A stretch of DNA of 62,889 bases, filler included, from Chiloscyllium plagiosum (lineage: Eukaryota): assembly GCF_004010195.1 (NCBI RefSeq). It is 3 parts of one record of this genome, joined end to end, with 100 filler letters (N's around TTAATTAATTAA, not from the genome) between each part and the next. Parts side by side here need not be neighbours in the genome. Positions count along the whole stretch, not along the records: positions 1 to 24,830 come from NC_057712.1; 2 more parts are not named here. One strand, given 5' to 3'. How positions within the stretch are numbered: the stretch's first letter is position 1; each line of letters starts with the position of its first letter. The notes beneath the pieces are model-generated. The model saw only the letters and a program-made list of their open reading frames with translations. It was not told the origin of the DNA and did no database searches. Of the stretch, positions 1 to 14,200 are shown one piece after another. The position numbers and the translations under genes were made by a program.

Positions 1-265
1 TTTGGCTGGGCTGAGTTATTACTATTTATCTGTTTGTTGTTATTTATTTATTTAGTTAGTTAAATAGCTAGTTTAGGTTTTTTTTATTTTATACTTCTCT
101 ATATATGTTTATACATTCGTATAGGAGGGTGTGTTGGGGAATTTTTTTATTATTTGGGTTTAGTTTTGTACTATTTTTGTACTGTTTTGAATTGCATTGT
201 TTTGTATTTGTTGTAATATTTAAAAATCTATTTTTTCTTAATAAAAATATATTGTATAAAAAATA
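1..265 (+). mobile_element. L1-clade LINE 3' UTR/tail remnant
   Basis: T-rich UTR ending AATAAAAATATATTGTATAAAAAATAA, resembling the tail of the L1 piece at 36700-36951. Confidence 0.45.
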
Positions 266-339
266 AGTCAGTGATAAAAAATGAAGCACATAAAGATAAT
301 TAAAATAGAAAGAGCAAGCAACCTGATCCATTGAGCCTG

Positions 340-2150
340 CTTTTAGCTTCCTATAGAGTCATAGGGATCTGTGGCCCTTCAGCATATCACATATACATTA
401 GTCAAAAACAAGCACTTAACTATTCTAATCTCATTTTCCAGCGCTTGGCTCATAGCCTTGTATACCTTGATATCGCAAACACATGTTAAATACTGCTTAA
501 ATGTTATCATGGTTTCTGCCTCAATTACGTTTACATGCAGTGAGTTCCTTATTGCTCCCACCCTCAGGGTGAAGAAGTTTTTCCTCACATTCACTTGAAA
601 CCTGTTGCTCCTTATCTTAAATCTATTGATCGCTCTATCAGGAGGAAAGCTTTCTTTGTGTCTATGCTATCTATGCCCTTCATAATTTTATATGTCTCAA
701 TCACGTCTCTCTCAACTCTAAGTAAAGCCCAGTCTGTCCCATTTTTCTTCATAATGAAACTCTCCTACCCACTGAACACCTGGTCAATCTCCTCAGCACC
801 CTCTGACAATATGGATTCCAGACTGCAGACAACTCTCTATGGCCTAGCCACCATTTGTTTTTGTTTTACAGTTTAGCATCGCGTCCCTTCTCTTAAAATA
901 TAAGCCACAGCTAATATGCCTTTGTAACCACTTTATCCATTTTTCCTGATACTTTAACAGACCAGTGCACATGCACACCAAGGTCCTTTTGATCCTCAGT
1001 GCTTCCCATGGTCCTACCGCTCTTCATGCATTCCCTTTTATCTTGCCCAAGTATTTCACATTTCTCCACACTGAATTCAATTTGCCACTGATTAGCCCAT
1101 CTCTCTTTCTCTCTTTCCTTAGTAGTTCAAGAATATCCTCCTCACTGCTTCCGACCTACCAACTTTTGTATTATAGAACATCGAACATAGAAGAATACAG
1201 CGCAGTACAGGCCCTTCGGCCCTCGATGTTGCGCCGATCCAAGCCCACCTAACCTACACTAGCCCACTATCCTCCATATGCCTATCCAATGCCCGCTTAA
1301 ATGCCCATAAAGAGGGAGAGTCCACCACTGCAACTGGCAGGGCATTCCATGAACTCACGACCCGCTGAGTAAAGAACCTACCCCTAACATCTGTCCTAAA
1401 CCTACCACCCCTTAATTTAAAGCTATGCCCCCTTGTAATAGCTGACTCCATACGTGGAAAAAGATTCTCACTGTCGACCCTATCTAAACCCCTAATCATC
1501 TTATACACCTCTATCAAGTCACCCCTAAACCTTCTTTTCTCCAATGAAAACAACCCCAAGTGCCTCAGCCTTTCCTCATACGATCTTTCTACCATACCAG
1601 GCAACATTCTGGTAAAAAATATTACCTATGAACTTACGGATCAATCCTCAAGTCCTCAATTACATACACCACAAACAACATAGGTTCCAACAATGACCCT
1701 GTGGGACCCAACTGGACATGAAATTCCAGTCAAAAAGCACCCATATCAGTTTACCATGTATGATCTTATCAAAAGCATTGCAGACATCCAAGTAGACAAC
1801 ATCGAAAGCAATGCCCTTGTCAACACATCAGGTTACCTCTTCAAAAACATTTAATCAAGCTGGTCAGATATGACATCCCTTAACAAAACCATGCTGTCTG
1901 CCCTTGATTAATCCCTGCCTCTCTAAATGCAGAATAATTCTGTCTTTCCAATAGTTTCCCAAAGGTTAGACTGCCTGGCCTGTAGTTTCCAAGTTTATCC
2001 CTTGGTCCCTTCTTTAATAAAGGTACCACATTGGATGCCCTCCAGCAACTCATCTCTGCCCAAAACAGAACTGAAAGCTTTTGCAAGCACCCTGCTATTT
2101 TTTCTCTTGCCTCACGCAACAACCTGGGATACATTTCGTCCAACACAAAG
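340..2150 (-). mobile_element. Degraded CR1 LINE (RT C-terminal part and 3' UTR) hosting a younger CR1
   Basis: Minus-strand MNVRKNFFTLRVG and YPRLLREA...VVPLLKKG..DKLGNYRP.SLT motifs. Confidence 0.75.
1173..1615 (-). mobile_element. Young 5'-truncated CR1 LINE 3' end
   Basis: Intact ORF2 C-terminus (MLPGM..SYEERLRHLGLFSLEKRRFRGDLIEVYK...RFFTQRVV..WNALP) with a TTCTATG-like tandem tail. Confidence 0.9.
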
Positions 2151-3289
2151 ATGAAATAAGATCATGGCTAATGTGATCATGGCCTCCAGTCCACTTTGCT
2201 GCCTGCCATAATCTTTAAATTCCTTGTTGATAAAAAATCTGTCCAGCTTATTTTTATTTCAACATGTATAGGCTCAACCTTCCCTCAGAAAACAAACCCT
2301 TTGGCCCAAGAATCTGCCTTGCTAACCTTCGCTGAACTGCTTAAAAGGCAAATAAACTAAGTGCAGAGACCAAAGACTATAAGTCCATTTTCTGAATCTG
2401 TTGGCAGTATAGAACGCTTTAGGTCCTGGTACATGGATCACAGAAAACTAGTATAGAGTTACAGCAAATAATAACAAAGGCAAAATAGGAATCTATCTTC
2501 TATTGCAAGACAAATTGAATTAAAAGTAGGGATCATTCAACTACAGCTACACAGGGAATTCATGAGACCACAATTCGAGTACTGTGTGCAGCTATAATCT
2601 TCTGAATTATAAAACTTTATACAGGTAATTGTATCAAAAACAATTCAGAGAAGGTTCAGTTGGCTCATTTCAGAGGTGAGGGCTTTTGTAAGAAGTAAAG
2701 ATGAATAAGCTGTGTTTAGAAGAAAGAAAAGTGATTTGCGTGTGAGTGAACCAGATTACGTGTATACCTGGTGGCTGTTTCTCACCAGTTTAATAATATA
2801 CCGCTTTCCTATTCTTCTAAAGTGAATCACATTTTCCCATATAATACTCCATTTGCAAAATTTTTGCACATTCATGTCCTTGTGTATCAGTCTTTTATAC
2901 ACTTTTTTTGCCTTCTCACAACTTATTCGTATACCAATGTTTTGTAACAAATGCAGTAGAACATTCTATAATCTTGGAATTCTCAGTCATTCTCCATTTT
3001 AATAATACTGTTTTTTCAATCATCATGTCAAAGTGAATAATTTCACATTTCTCACATTATACCCCCAGCGGCCAGATTTTTGCCTATTCATTCAACCTAT
3101 CCATATCAGTATGCAACCAGGATTTCTTCATAATATTCGTAATAATTGTGGTTTGTCTGCAAAATTAGCTACAATGCCTTTGCTTCTTCATCTAAGTCAT
3201 TGATACATTATAAAAAGTTAAGAGCCCAGTCCTCTGCAAAAATCCATTCAAGTCATACTGCCAATCACATTCATGCATACTTTATTTTT

Positions 3290-4160
3290 TGCCTGGCTGG
3301 AGGTCCTGAGTCGAGAAGAAGTCTTGTTCAAACCTGTGCATGAAGATGTTTGCATATTGGGGTGCAAATTTGGTCCCCATGGTTGTTCCATGTGTCTGGA
3401 TGAAGTACTGGTTGTCAAAGGTGAAGATGTTGTGATCGAGGATAAAGTGGATGAGTTGTAGGACGGTGTTCGGAGATTGGCAGTAGTTGGTGTTGAATAC
3501 TGAGGCTATTGCCGCAATTTCGTCATTGTGGAGGATCTGGTGTAGAGTGCTAAAACCTCAATTGTGACGAGGAAAGTTCCCAGTTCGATTGGTCTGTAGG
3601 TGCTGAGTTAATGTAAGAAATCCGTAGTGTCGCGACAGAAGCCAGGGATCTCCTGTACGATGGGTTTCAAGATGCCTTCGACATAGCCAGAGAGGTTCTC
3701 ACATAGGGTCTCATTGCCTGATACGATGGGGTGTCCTAGTGTATTGGCTTTGTGTATCTTTGGAAGGCAGTAGAAGTCACCTACGCAAGAAGTACGTGGG
3801 ATGAGGGTGCATAGGGAACTCTGAAGGACTGGATCCAGAGTCAATGTGTTTAGTTCACGGGTGTGCTCTTTGGTCGGATCAGCCGGTAGTTGGTTGTAGT
3901 GTTCCTAGCTGTTCCGTTGTCGGTACACTTGCTTGCAGTAATCTGTTCTATTCTGAATGACGATGGTCCCTCCTTTATCTGCTGGTTTGATGACAATGTT
4001 GTGATTGGTTTTGAGAGCATGGATGGCGTTGCATTGCGAACAGGTGATGTTTTGCTCTACCTTGTGGATACGGCTAATGAATTTAGCATTTACACATTTC
4101 CTGACGGTTTGAGCATTCATATCAAGCCCAGGGCAGCAGCCCTCCGTGGCCTGGTGTATA
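3290..4160 (-). mobile_element. Penelope-like element RT fragment
   Basis: IVIKPADKGG, FYCLPKIHKANTLGHPIVS and CRDTTDFL are PLE RT motifs. Confidence 0.88.
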
Positions 4161-4164
4161 GGTA

Positions 4165-5277
4165 CTCCTATATACACACACACACGCACATATACAGACA
4201 CTCCTAAACACAGGCATGCGCGCACACACACATTCCCACACTCACACATGCACCCTCTCACAGACTTAGACCCCTTTACACTCACACACACATATGCACT
4301 CACTCTCACAGACACTCACAACCCTCCACCCTAGTCTCACACATGCTTCTACAGACACACAGACTTCCACACTCACATATACACCCTCTCGCAGACTTAG
4401 ATCCCTTTACACTCACACACACACACACACACAAACCCACATGCACACATACACATATACACATATACATTTGTGGGGTGAATTTATACTTGCAGAGTTA
4501 CATTGCACTTTGCTTAGAAATTGCATGAATCCATGTAAGACTCTGTTAACTAATTTGTTAGATTAGAATCAGTCTAAACAGTATGGTACAGACAACAGCA
4601 CACAGGGGGCTAACACCTTCAACATTTTTTCTGGGCTGACAGCAGTTGTTAAAGTTAACCTGAGAATGTAACTTTTAAAAACATTTTGTGATTTACATCT
4701 GAAAGAAGTGAAACTATCATGGTCATTCTAACTGATGACAGACTTAACAATCTAGTATTTTTCAAGGTATGATTTCAGTTACATCACACTGTAAACTTTT
4801 GCTATAAATGGGCCACAATGGTTCAGTGGTTGGCTCTGCTGCCTCACAGCGCCAGGGTCCCAGGTTCGATTCCAGCCATGGGCGACTGTGTGTGTGGAGT
4901 TTGCACATTCTTCCTGTGTTTACGTGGGTTTCCTCTGGGTACTCCGGTTTCCTCCCACATGCCAAAGATGTACAGGTCAGGTGATTTGACCATGCTAAAT
5001 TGTCCGTAGTTATTAGGTGCATTAATCAGAGGGGGGTGGGTTATTCTTTGGAGGGTCAGTGTGGACATGTTGGGCTGAAGGGCCTATTTCCACACAGTAG
5101 GGAATCTAATCTAATCTAAATTCTGTGTCTTACAATTGTGTACTCCACTACCACCCGATGAATGAGCAGCGCTCCGAAAGCTAGTGCTTCCAATTAAACC
5201 TGTTGGGCTATAACCTGGTGTTGTGTGATTTTTAACTTTGTACACCCCAGTCCAACACTGGCATCTCCAAATCATGA
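4165..5277 (+). mobile_element. Penelope terminal repeat (pLTR) with CA-rich tract, inverted relative to the RT and split by a SINE
   Basis: The same sequence recurs at 38450-38664, 39704-39910, 15180-15610 and 60660-60775. Degenerate hammerhead core at about 5153-5190. Confidence 0.75.
4810..5119 (+). mobile_element. HE1-like tRNA-derived SINE
   Basis: A box (TGGTTCAGTGG), B box (GGTTCGATTCC), conserved central domain and (AATCT)n tail. Confidence 0.88.
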
Positions 5278-7804
5278 CTTTGAAAACAAACCATGCATTT
5301 TTCTAAGTACACATCTGTAAATCTTTTTAATGAGCAATTCTTACACCTTCCCCATGACTGTTACAATTCACTTGGAAAGCATGTTGATACTTAAGCCCTT
5401 TGAATCCAGGGCTGTCTCAAAAGTTACAAGATTTAATTGAAGTACGCAACGTTTCCAGTTTACCTGCCTGATGGACTACGATTAGCAAGAAACATTGGCA
5501 GTGTTTTGGTACTTCACAAGAACTATTATTTACTAGAAGTAAGTGAATTTGAACCAACAGGCAAATAACTATGAACTAACAAATACAGGTTTACAGTGAA
5601 ACCTCAAAACCCCATGAAAATCCCGACAGACAGATACAAGTAAACAAAAATAGTGGGTGTTATGGGTGGAGAAAAATAAATAGGGTAATTATAGTTCAGC
5701 AGCAGCAGTGCCTAGGCTAAGATGAGGTGTTCTTTTCTCTTCCTAAAGCCTTGTATTCTCTAATGTTCTTCCTTCCAGATTCTCAGTTCTTTGCCAAAGA
5801 CACAGAGAATATATACATTAATCATTTAGTTTCAGTCACCAGCAGCAGCATTCAGTAAAATGATGGAAAAAAATAACCAGCTGTCCTCGGGCTCGAATTA
5901 TTTGTTGTAGGGATACAGAGACAGAACCTCCTTCCTCCAGTCTGGAAGATGTTTGTAACTGTGACGTTCATATTTACACAAGCTGTTCAGGAACCAGAGT
6001 TGTCGACAAGTTGATGACCTGTCACAAGCTCACAAACCTATCAGCAACCTATTCTGGCCAAATCTCACACTGCACACACACTCTGAGGCTATGACATCTA
6101 TCTTGGTGCTCTCACTGCATTTTTCTTTTCAAAAATATACATTATTCATAAATTATCTGTGGGTAAATACGGAAGTAGAAAACATTTTTTGTACAGACTT
6201 TGATGACAATACAATGGAATTTTTAACATTCCTCAGTAGTGCTTCAATCCAGATGCAACAAAAAAGACATTTTCTAAACATTAATGGAATTATTTGCATT
6301 TCCATTAAAGCTACAAGGTTATCTCAAAACATAACAAACCCTCGTAATCTTGCAAAATGACAGTGTAAACACAAATCTGCAGTCTTGCCATCCTCAGTGC
6401 ATAATTCAGGTTGTACCAAATATGGAGGAGAACTGATTCATTAGCTGAGGAAAAAACAATGACTGCAGATGCTGGAAATCAGATTCTGGATCAGTGGTGC
6501 TGGAAGTAGATGGGTGCAGGTAGTAATCTTCAGATGCTTTCCTTGTCCACATTTGACTACAAAACTGCAAATGGTCAAGAGCTAAAGTTGAGGATATCAA
6601 GTGCAACTCCCTTCTGACAGTATGCCATTGCATTGCCACCTCTGGACATCTGTCATATCTGGGCTACGGTTATTTTAACAGAATCTGTCTTATGGTAATG
6701 TCTACAGCAACAGCTTGACTGATCTTTGGGATTGGCCTGTAGTTTCATGTTTTCTGGAATAGAGGAGTTATATTCCAATCTGCTTGGACCTTTCCAGAAT
6801 CCATGAAATTATGGAAAATTACATCCAATACATCTCCAATCTCTGGAGTCACTTAGAGTCACAGAGATGTACGGCATGGAAACAGACCTTTCAGCGCAAC
6901 TCATCCATGCCGACCACATATCCTAAATTAATCTTGTTCCATTCGCCAGCATTTGGCCCATATCCCTCTAAGTTCTTCCTATTCATATACCCACCCAGAT
7001 GCCTTTTAAATGTTGGAATGCTGGCAGCTCATTCCAGACACGCACCACCCTCTATGTTAAAATGTTGCCCTTTAGGTCCCTTTTCCCTTCGACCAATACC
7101 CTCTAGATTCGGACTCCTCCAAACCAGGGAAAAGACCTTATCTATTTACTCTTATTCATGCCCCTCATGATTTTATAAATCTCTATAAGGTCACCCTTTA
7201 GCCTCCGACACTCCAGGGAAAACAACCCCAGTCTTTTCAGCCTCTCCCTTTAAACCAAATCCCCCAATCCTAGCAACATATTTGTGAATATTTTGTGAAC
7301 CCTTTATAACTTCACAACATTCCTCCTATTGGAGGGAGACCAGAATCGAACACAGTATTCCAAAATTGGCTGAACCAATATCGTGTACACATGCAACTTG
7401 ACCTCCCAACTTCTATATTCAATGCACTGATCAATAAAGGCAAACATATCAAACGCCTTCTTCACTATCCTAGCCACCTGTAACTCCACTTTCAAGGAAC
7501 AATGAACTTGCACTCCAAGAGCTCTTTTTTAGCAACAATCCCCAGAACCTTACCATTAAGTGTATAAATCCTGCTCTGATTTGCTTTCCAAAACGCAGAA
7601 CTTCACATTTATCTAAATTAAACTCCATCTGGCACTCCTCTGCCCCACTGGTCTTCTGATCCTATTATACTCTGAGGTACCTTCTTCACTGTCCAGTACA
7701 CCTCCAATTTTGGTNNNNNNNNNNNNNNNNNNNNNNNNNNNNNNNNNNNNNNNNNNNNNNNNNNNNNNNNNNNNNNNNNNNNNNNNNNNNNNNNNNNNNN
7801 NNNN

Positions 7805-10800
7805 GCCTTGAAGATATTTAGCGTCCCAGCCTCCACTGCACTCTGTGGCAATGAATTCCACAGGCCCACTTTTCTCTGGCTGAAGAAATGTCTCCGCATT
7901 TCTGTTCTGAATTTACCCCCTCTAATTCTAAGGCTGTGTCCACGGGTCCTAGTCTCCTCGCCTAACGGAAACAATTTCCTAGCGTCCACCCTCTCCAAGC
8001 CATGTATTATCTTGTAAGTTTCTATTAGATCTCCCTTAATCTTCTAAACTCCAATGAATACAATCCCAGGATCCTCAGCCGTTCCTCATATGTTCGACCT
8101 ACCATTCCAGGGATCATCCATGTGAATCTCCACTGGACACGCTCCAGTGCCAGTATGTCCTTCCTGAGGTGTGGGGACCAAAACTGAACACAGTACTCCA
8201 AATGGGGCCTAACCAAAGTTTTATAAAGTCTCAGTAGCACAACGGTGCTTTTATATTCCAACCCTCTTGAGATAAATGACAACACTGCATTCACTTTCTA
8301 AATCATGGGTTCAACCTGCATGTTTGCCTTTAGAGAATCCTCAACTAGCACTCCCAGATCCCTTTGTACTTTGGCTTTATGAATTTTCTCACCGTTTAGA
8401 AAGTAGTCCATGCTTGTACTCTTATTTCCAAAGTGCAAGACCTCGCATTTGCTCACATTGAATTCCATCATCCATTTCCTGGATCACTCTCCCAAACTGT
8501 CCAGATCCTTCTGCAGCCTCCGCACTTCCTCCGTACTACCTGCTTGTCCACCTAACTTCATATCATCGGCAAACTTCACTAGAATGCCTCCAGTCCCAGT
8601 CATCCAGATCATTAATATATAACGTGAACAGCTGCGGCCCCAACACTGAACCCTGCGGGACACCGCTTATCACCGGCTGCCGGGAACCTTTTATCCCAAC
8701 TCTCTGCCTTCTGTCAGACAGCCAATCCTTAATCCATACCAGCAGCTCACCTCGAACACCATGGGCCCTCACCTTACTCAGCAGCCTCCCGTGTGGCACC
8801 TCATCAAAGGCCTTTTGGAAGTCTAGATTGACCACATCCACTGGGTTTCCCTGGTCTAACCTACTTGTCACCTCTTCAAAGAATTCCAACAGGTTTGTCA
8901 GGCACGACCTCCCCTTACTAAATCCATGTTGACTTGTTCTAATCCGACCCTGCTCTTCCAAGAATTTAGAAACCTCATCCTTAATGATGGATTCTAGAAT
9001 TTTACCAATTTTACCAACAACCGAGGTTAGGCTAATTGGCCTATAATTTTCCATCCTTTGTCTTGATCCCTTCTTGAACAAGGGGGTCACAACAGCGATC
9101 TTCCAATCATCTGGGACTTTCCCTGACTCCAGTGACTTTTGAAAGATCTCAACCAACGCCTCCGCTATTTCCTCAGCCACCTCCCTCAGAACTCTAGGGT
9201 GTAGCCCATCAGGGCCAGGAGATTTATCAATTTTAAGACTTTTTAGCTTTTCTAGCACTATCTCTTTTGTAATGGCAACCATACTCAACTCAGCCCCCTG
9301 ACTCCCTTTAATTGTTGGGATATTACTCATGTCTTCCACTGTGAAGACTGATGCAAAGTACTTATTAAGTTCTCCAGCTATTTCCTTATCTCCCATCACT
9401 AGGCTTCTAACATCAGTTTGAAGTGGCCCAATGTCTACTCTTGCCTGTCATTTGTTTCTTATGTATTGAAAGAAACCTTTACTATCATTTCTAATATTAC
9501 TGGCTAGCCGACCTTCATATTTGATCCTCTCCTTCATTTTTTCTCTCTTTGTTATCCTCTGTAGGTTTTTGTAGACTTCCCAATCTTCTGATTTCCCAGT
9601 GCTCTTGGCCACGTTTTGGATCTCTCTTTTTCTTTAATACATTTCCTGACTTCCTTTGTCAGCCATGGCTGTCTAATCCCTCCCCGGATAATCTTTCTTT
9701 TCTTGGGGATGAACCTCTGTACTGTGTCCTCAATTATACCCACAACTCCTGCCATTTTTGCTCTACTGTCTTCCCTGCTCGGCTCTGCTTCCAGTCGATT
9801 TTCGTCAGTTCCTTTCTCATGCCCTCATAATTACCTTTATTTAAGTGTAACACCAATAAATCTGATTTTGCCTTCTCTCTTTCAAACTGCAGACTGAACT
9901 CTACCATATTATGATCGCTGCTTACTAAGTGTTCCCTTACTTTAAGATTTTTTTATAAAGTCTGGTTCATTACATAGTACTAGGTCCAGAATAGCCTGCT
10001 CCCTTGTGGGCTCCATGACAAGCTGTTCCAAAAAGCCATCCTGTAAGCATTCCATGAATTCCCTTTCTTTGGATCCACTGGCAACATTATTTACCCAGTC
10101 CACCTGCATATTGAAGTCTCCCATGATCACCATGACCTTGCCTTTCTGACATGCCTTCTCTATTTCCCGGTACATGTTGCGCCCCTGGTCCTGACCACTG
10201 TTAGGAGGTCTGTACATAACTACCATTATGGTTTTTTTTGCCTTTGTGGTTCCGCAATTCCACCCACACAGACTCCACATCATCCGACACTATGTCATTC
10301 AGTGCCATAGATTTAATTTTGCTCTTAACTAACAAGGCAACCCTGCCCCCTCTGCCCGCCTCCCTGTCTTTTCGATAAGTTGAAAATCCTTGGATGTTTA
10401 ACTGCCAGTCCTGACCCCCCTGCAACCACGTCTCTGTGATGCGTACCACATCATAATCATTCACGATGATCTGTGCCATTAGTTCATCTGCTTTGTTACG
10501 AATGCTATAAGCATTCAGGTAAACTGCCTTAATGCTAACTTCCTTATCATTAGAGATATTGGAAGTCATAAGATGTCCTAAGTTATCCTTCCTTTTTGTT
10601 GCATTCCCAGTCTGTCTCAAGTTTAAATCCGCCTGCACACATGCTATCCTGCTGCTTATCTTTCCATTTAACTCCATACTCCCTGTCACTTTCACTTTCC
10701 CTTCCCCCCCCAACTCAGCTTGATAATCCCCAAACAGGTCCTCCTTCCTAGCCTTGCCTATGTTGTTAGTGCCAATGTGGATTCTCCCCCTCCCACTCCA

Positions 10801-11270
10801 ATATCCATTCAAGCTGGTCGGATATGTCTTGCACCTTGGCACTGGCAGGCAACATACCATGCGGGACTCCTGATCCAGCTCACAAAGAAAACTATCTGTC
10901 CTCCTAATTATAGAATCCCCGAAAACAACTACTTGTCTTTTTGCTCCCCCCTCTTGAATAGCCTTCTGCACCATGGTGCCGTGGTCAGCTGGCTCATCCT
11001 GTCCAGAGCCCTTTTCCTCATCCATACAGGGAGCAAGAATCTCATACCTGTTGGACAAGGTCAAGGGCTGAGGCTCCTGCACTCCTGAACTCAGGTTCCC
11101 CCCTTCCTGCCTCACTTACAGTCACACTCTGATGTCCCTGATCACTAACTGACTTACAGTCACACTCTGATGTCCCTGATCACTAACTGAGCTCCTGCAC
11201 TCCTGAACTCAGGTTCCCCCCTTCCTGCCTCACTTACAGTCACACTCTGATGTCCCTGATCACTAACTGA
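7805..11270 (-). mobile_element. Younger CR1 LINE with ORF1 C-terminus, APE endonuclease and RT (frameshifted)
   Basis: FGDSIIR (GDSL-like ORF1), YLNA.SI, ITETW, GDFN, LDLVL, KSPGPDG, DFQKAFD and GVPQGSVLGP motifs. Confidence 0.93.
11073..11270. repeat. Perfect A-B-B-A-B local duplication (A = 42 bp, B = 38 bp)
   Basis: A at 11073-11114 and 11191-11232; B at 11115-11152, 11153-11190 and 11233-11270. Copies are identical. Confidence 0.92.
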
Positions 11271-14200
11271 ATGACCTTCTATCTTCGAGCCAGTTCTTTA
11301 TTCAAATGGCTATTCTCTCTCTCTTCCATGAGACCTAACCTTGCGAACCAGTCTACCATGCAGAACTTTGTCAAACACCTTAGTGAAGTCCACATAGATC
11401 ACATCCATGCTCAGCCCTCATCAATCCTCATATTTACGTCAATTACGTTAGTGAGATGCAAGTTTCCATGCACAAAACTATGCTGACTATCCCTCATCAG
11501 TCTTTGCCATTCTAAATACATGTAAATTCTGTCCCTTAGGATTCTCTCCAACAACTTGCCCACCAATAATATCAGGCTCACTGGTCTATGGTCCCTGGCT
11601 TTTCCTTACCACCTTTCTTAAATAGTGGCACTACGTTAGCCAACCTCCAGTCTCCTGGCACCTCATCTGTGCCTAGCGATGATCCAAATATGTCAGCAAG
11701 GGGCCCAGCAATCACATCCCTAGCTTCCCATAGAGTTCAAGGGTACACCTGATCAAGAGATGGGGGTGTATACACCTTCATGCATTTTAAGCCATTTGGC
11801 GCCGCCTCTTCTGTAATATGGACATTTTTTTAAGATGTCACTATTTATTTCCCCACATTCTATATCTTCCATATCTTTCTCCACAATAAACACTGATGCA
11901 AACTACTCCTTTAGTATCTCCAGCATCTTCTGCAGTTCCACATATAGGCGGCCTTGCTGACCTTTAAGGTGCATTCTCTCCCTAGTTAAGCTTTTGATCT
12001 TACTGTAATTGTAGAATCCCTTTGGATTCTCCTTGACCCTATTTGCTAAAGCTGTTTCATGTCCCCTTTTTGCCCTCCTAATTTCCCTCTTAAGTATACT
12101 CCTACTGCCTTTAAATGTTTCCAAAGATTCACTCGATTTCTGGTGTCCAAACCTGACGGATGCTTCCTTCTTTTTCTTAACCAAAACCTCAATTTCTCTC
12201 ATCATCCAGTATTCTCTACACCTACCAGCCTTGCCCTTCATATTAACAAGAACATACTGTCTCTGGACTCTCATTATCTCATTTTTGAAGGCATCTCATT
12301 TTTCCAGCTGTCCCTTTACAAACATCTACCCCCAACCAACTTTTGAAAGTTCTTGCCTCATACCAGCAAAATTGTCCTTCCTCCAATTTAGAACTTCAAC
12401 TTATAGATACAGTCTATCATTTTCCATCACTATTTTAAAACTAATAGAATTATGGTCACTGGCCTCAAAGTGCTCCCGTACTGACACCCAGTTACCTGCC
12501 CTGCCTTATTTCCCAAGAACAGGTCAAGTTTTTCACTTCTCTAATAGGTACATCCACATAATGAATCAGAAGACTTTCTTGTACACACTTAATAAATTCC
12601 TCTCCATCTAAACCCTTAGCACTATGGCAGTCCCAGTCTCTATTCAGAAAGTTAAAATCCCTTACTATAACCACCAGATAACTGAAATCTCTTTACAAAT
12701 TTGTTTCTCAAAATTTCTCAAAGTTCCTGCTGACCATTATTGGGGGTCTATAGTGCAATTCCCAATAAGGTGATCATCCATTTCTTATTTTCCAGTTCTA
12801 CTCAAGTAACTTCCTTGGACATATTCCAAGGAATATCCTCCTTGTATACAGCCGTAATGTTATCCCGAATCAAAAACGCCTCTTGCTCTTCTCTTTTCCC
12901 CTCTTTCTATCATTCCTAAAGCATCTATACCTTGGAACATTAGGCTGCCAGTTCTCTCTAGCCATGAGGCATGCCTCTGTAATTGCTATGATATTCCAGT
13001 CCTGTGTTCTCAACTATGCCCTGAGTTCATCCGCCTTACTTGTTAGGCAATTTGCACTGAAATAAATGCAGTTTAATTCAGCAGTCCTACCTTGTTATCT
13101 GCTTTGTTCTTTCCTGACTTTGATTTGTTCCTTTTCCCAACTATACCAGTCTCAGACTGATCTCTTTCCTCACTATCTCCCTGGGTGCTCTCCTACCATG
13201 TCCTCCTCCCCCCTACACCCCCTCAGAACCTCATCCTTTTCTCTTCCAATGTCATTAGTTCCAATGTGTACAATAACCTCCTGCTGGTCCCTCTCTCTTT
13301 AGAGAATATTCTGCACCCTGTCCTAGTTATCCTTGCTCCTGGCACCGGGGAGGCAACACACCATTCTGTCTGTCGACCACAGAAACGTCTGTCTGTGTCT
13401 CTGACTAAAGAGTCCCCTATCACAATCACTTCAAACCTGACATGCCCCTCATAATATCAGAGCCAGTTTCAGTACCAAAAACCTGTCACAGTGCTACATC
13501 ACCCCCTCAATTTTCCAAAACAGCATTCCTGTTTGAGATGGGGATAGCCACAAGAGACTCCTACACAATCTGCCTCCCTCTCCTACCTTTTCTGGAGGTA
13601 AACTATCTACCTGACTGTAACTTTGTTTGATCTCCCTTCCTGCAAGTGTCATCAATCACACCCCCAGCTCCTGTAAACTGTTCAATGCCTCCAACGGTTG
13701 CTCCAACTGATCGGTGCAATTCGACAGGATTCGCAACCAAATAAACTTCCTGCAGGCATAATCATCACTAACACGGAAACTCTTCCTAATCTTCCACAAT
13801 CAACAAGAGGACATCACTATACTAAAAGCCATCTTTGCTACTCAACAATCTGCAGACCCAGAAAACAGCAGTCATACTGCTCCAAAAAACACTTCACCAG
13901 GCTAACTTAATATCTATGTTTTATGTTTTTAAAAGTTTAATCAAGAGACAGATCTTCTTTTAAGATTGCAGGCACAGGCCATAATTCAGGCATTTTTCAG
14001 TATTTAGTATTGAGTGCAGATACTAATTGAGTGGCAGAGCCTAAAACCTTACAAGAAAAATTAAGCATGATTTTTTAATTTGTATTTTGAGCAGACACCA
14101 AGAAGGAACTTCCCTGTCGCAAACTGCTAAAAAAACACGACTGATAACTGACACCATACTTGCTCAGTCGGCATACTGGAAGTCAGAAATGTTGTCTTTG

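Larger units (their letters stand above)
6845..13900 (-). mobile_element. Older near-full-length CR1 LINE, interrupted by a younger CR1 at 7805-11270
   Basis: 3' part at 6845-7714 (LEYCVRFWSP, TKIGG). Upstream RT/EN at 11271-13060. ORF1 esterase-like VIGDSLVR at 13223-13429. Confidence 0.8.

Noticed and set aside
4810..4885. tRNA gene-like A/B boxes (also 34209, 44186, 48399)
   Set aside because: These are heads of tRNA-derived SINEs followed by SINE body and tail.
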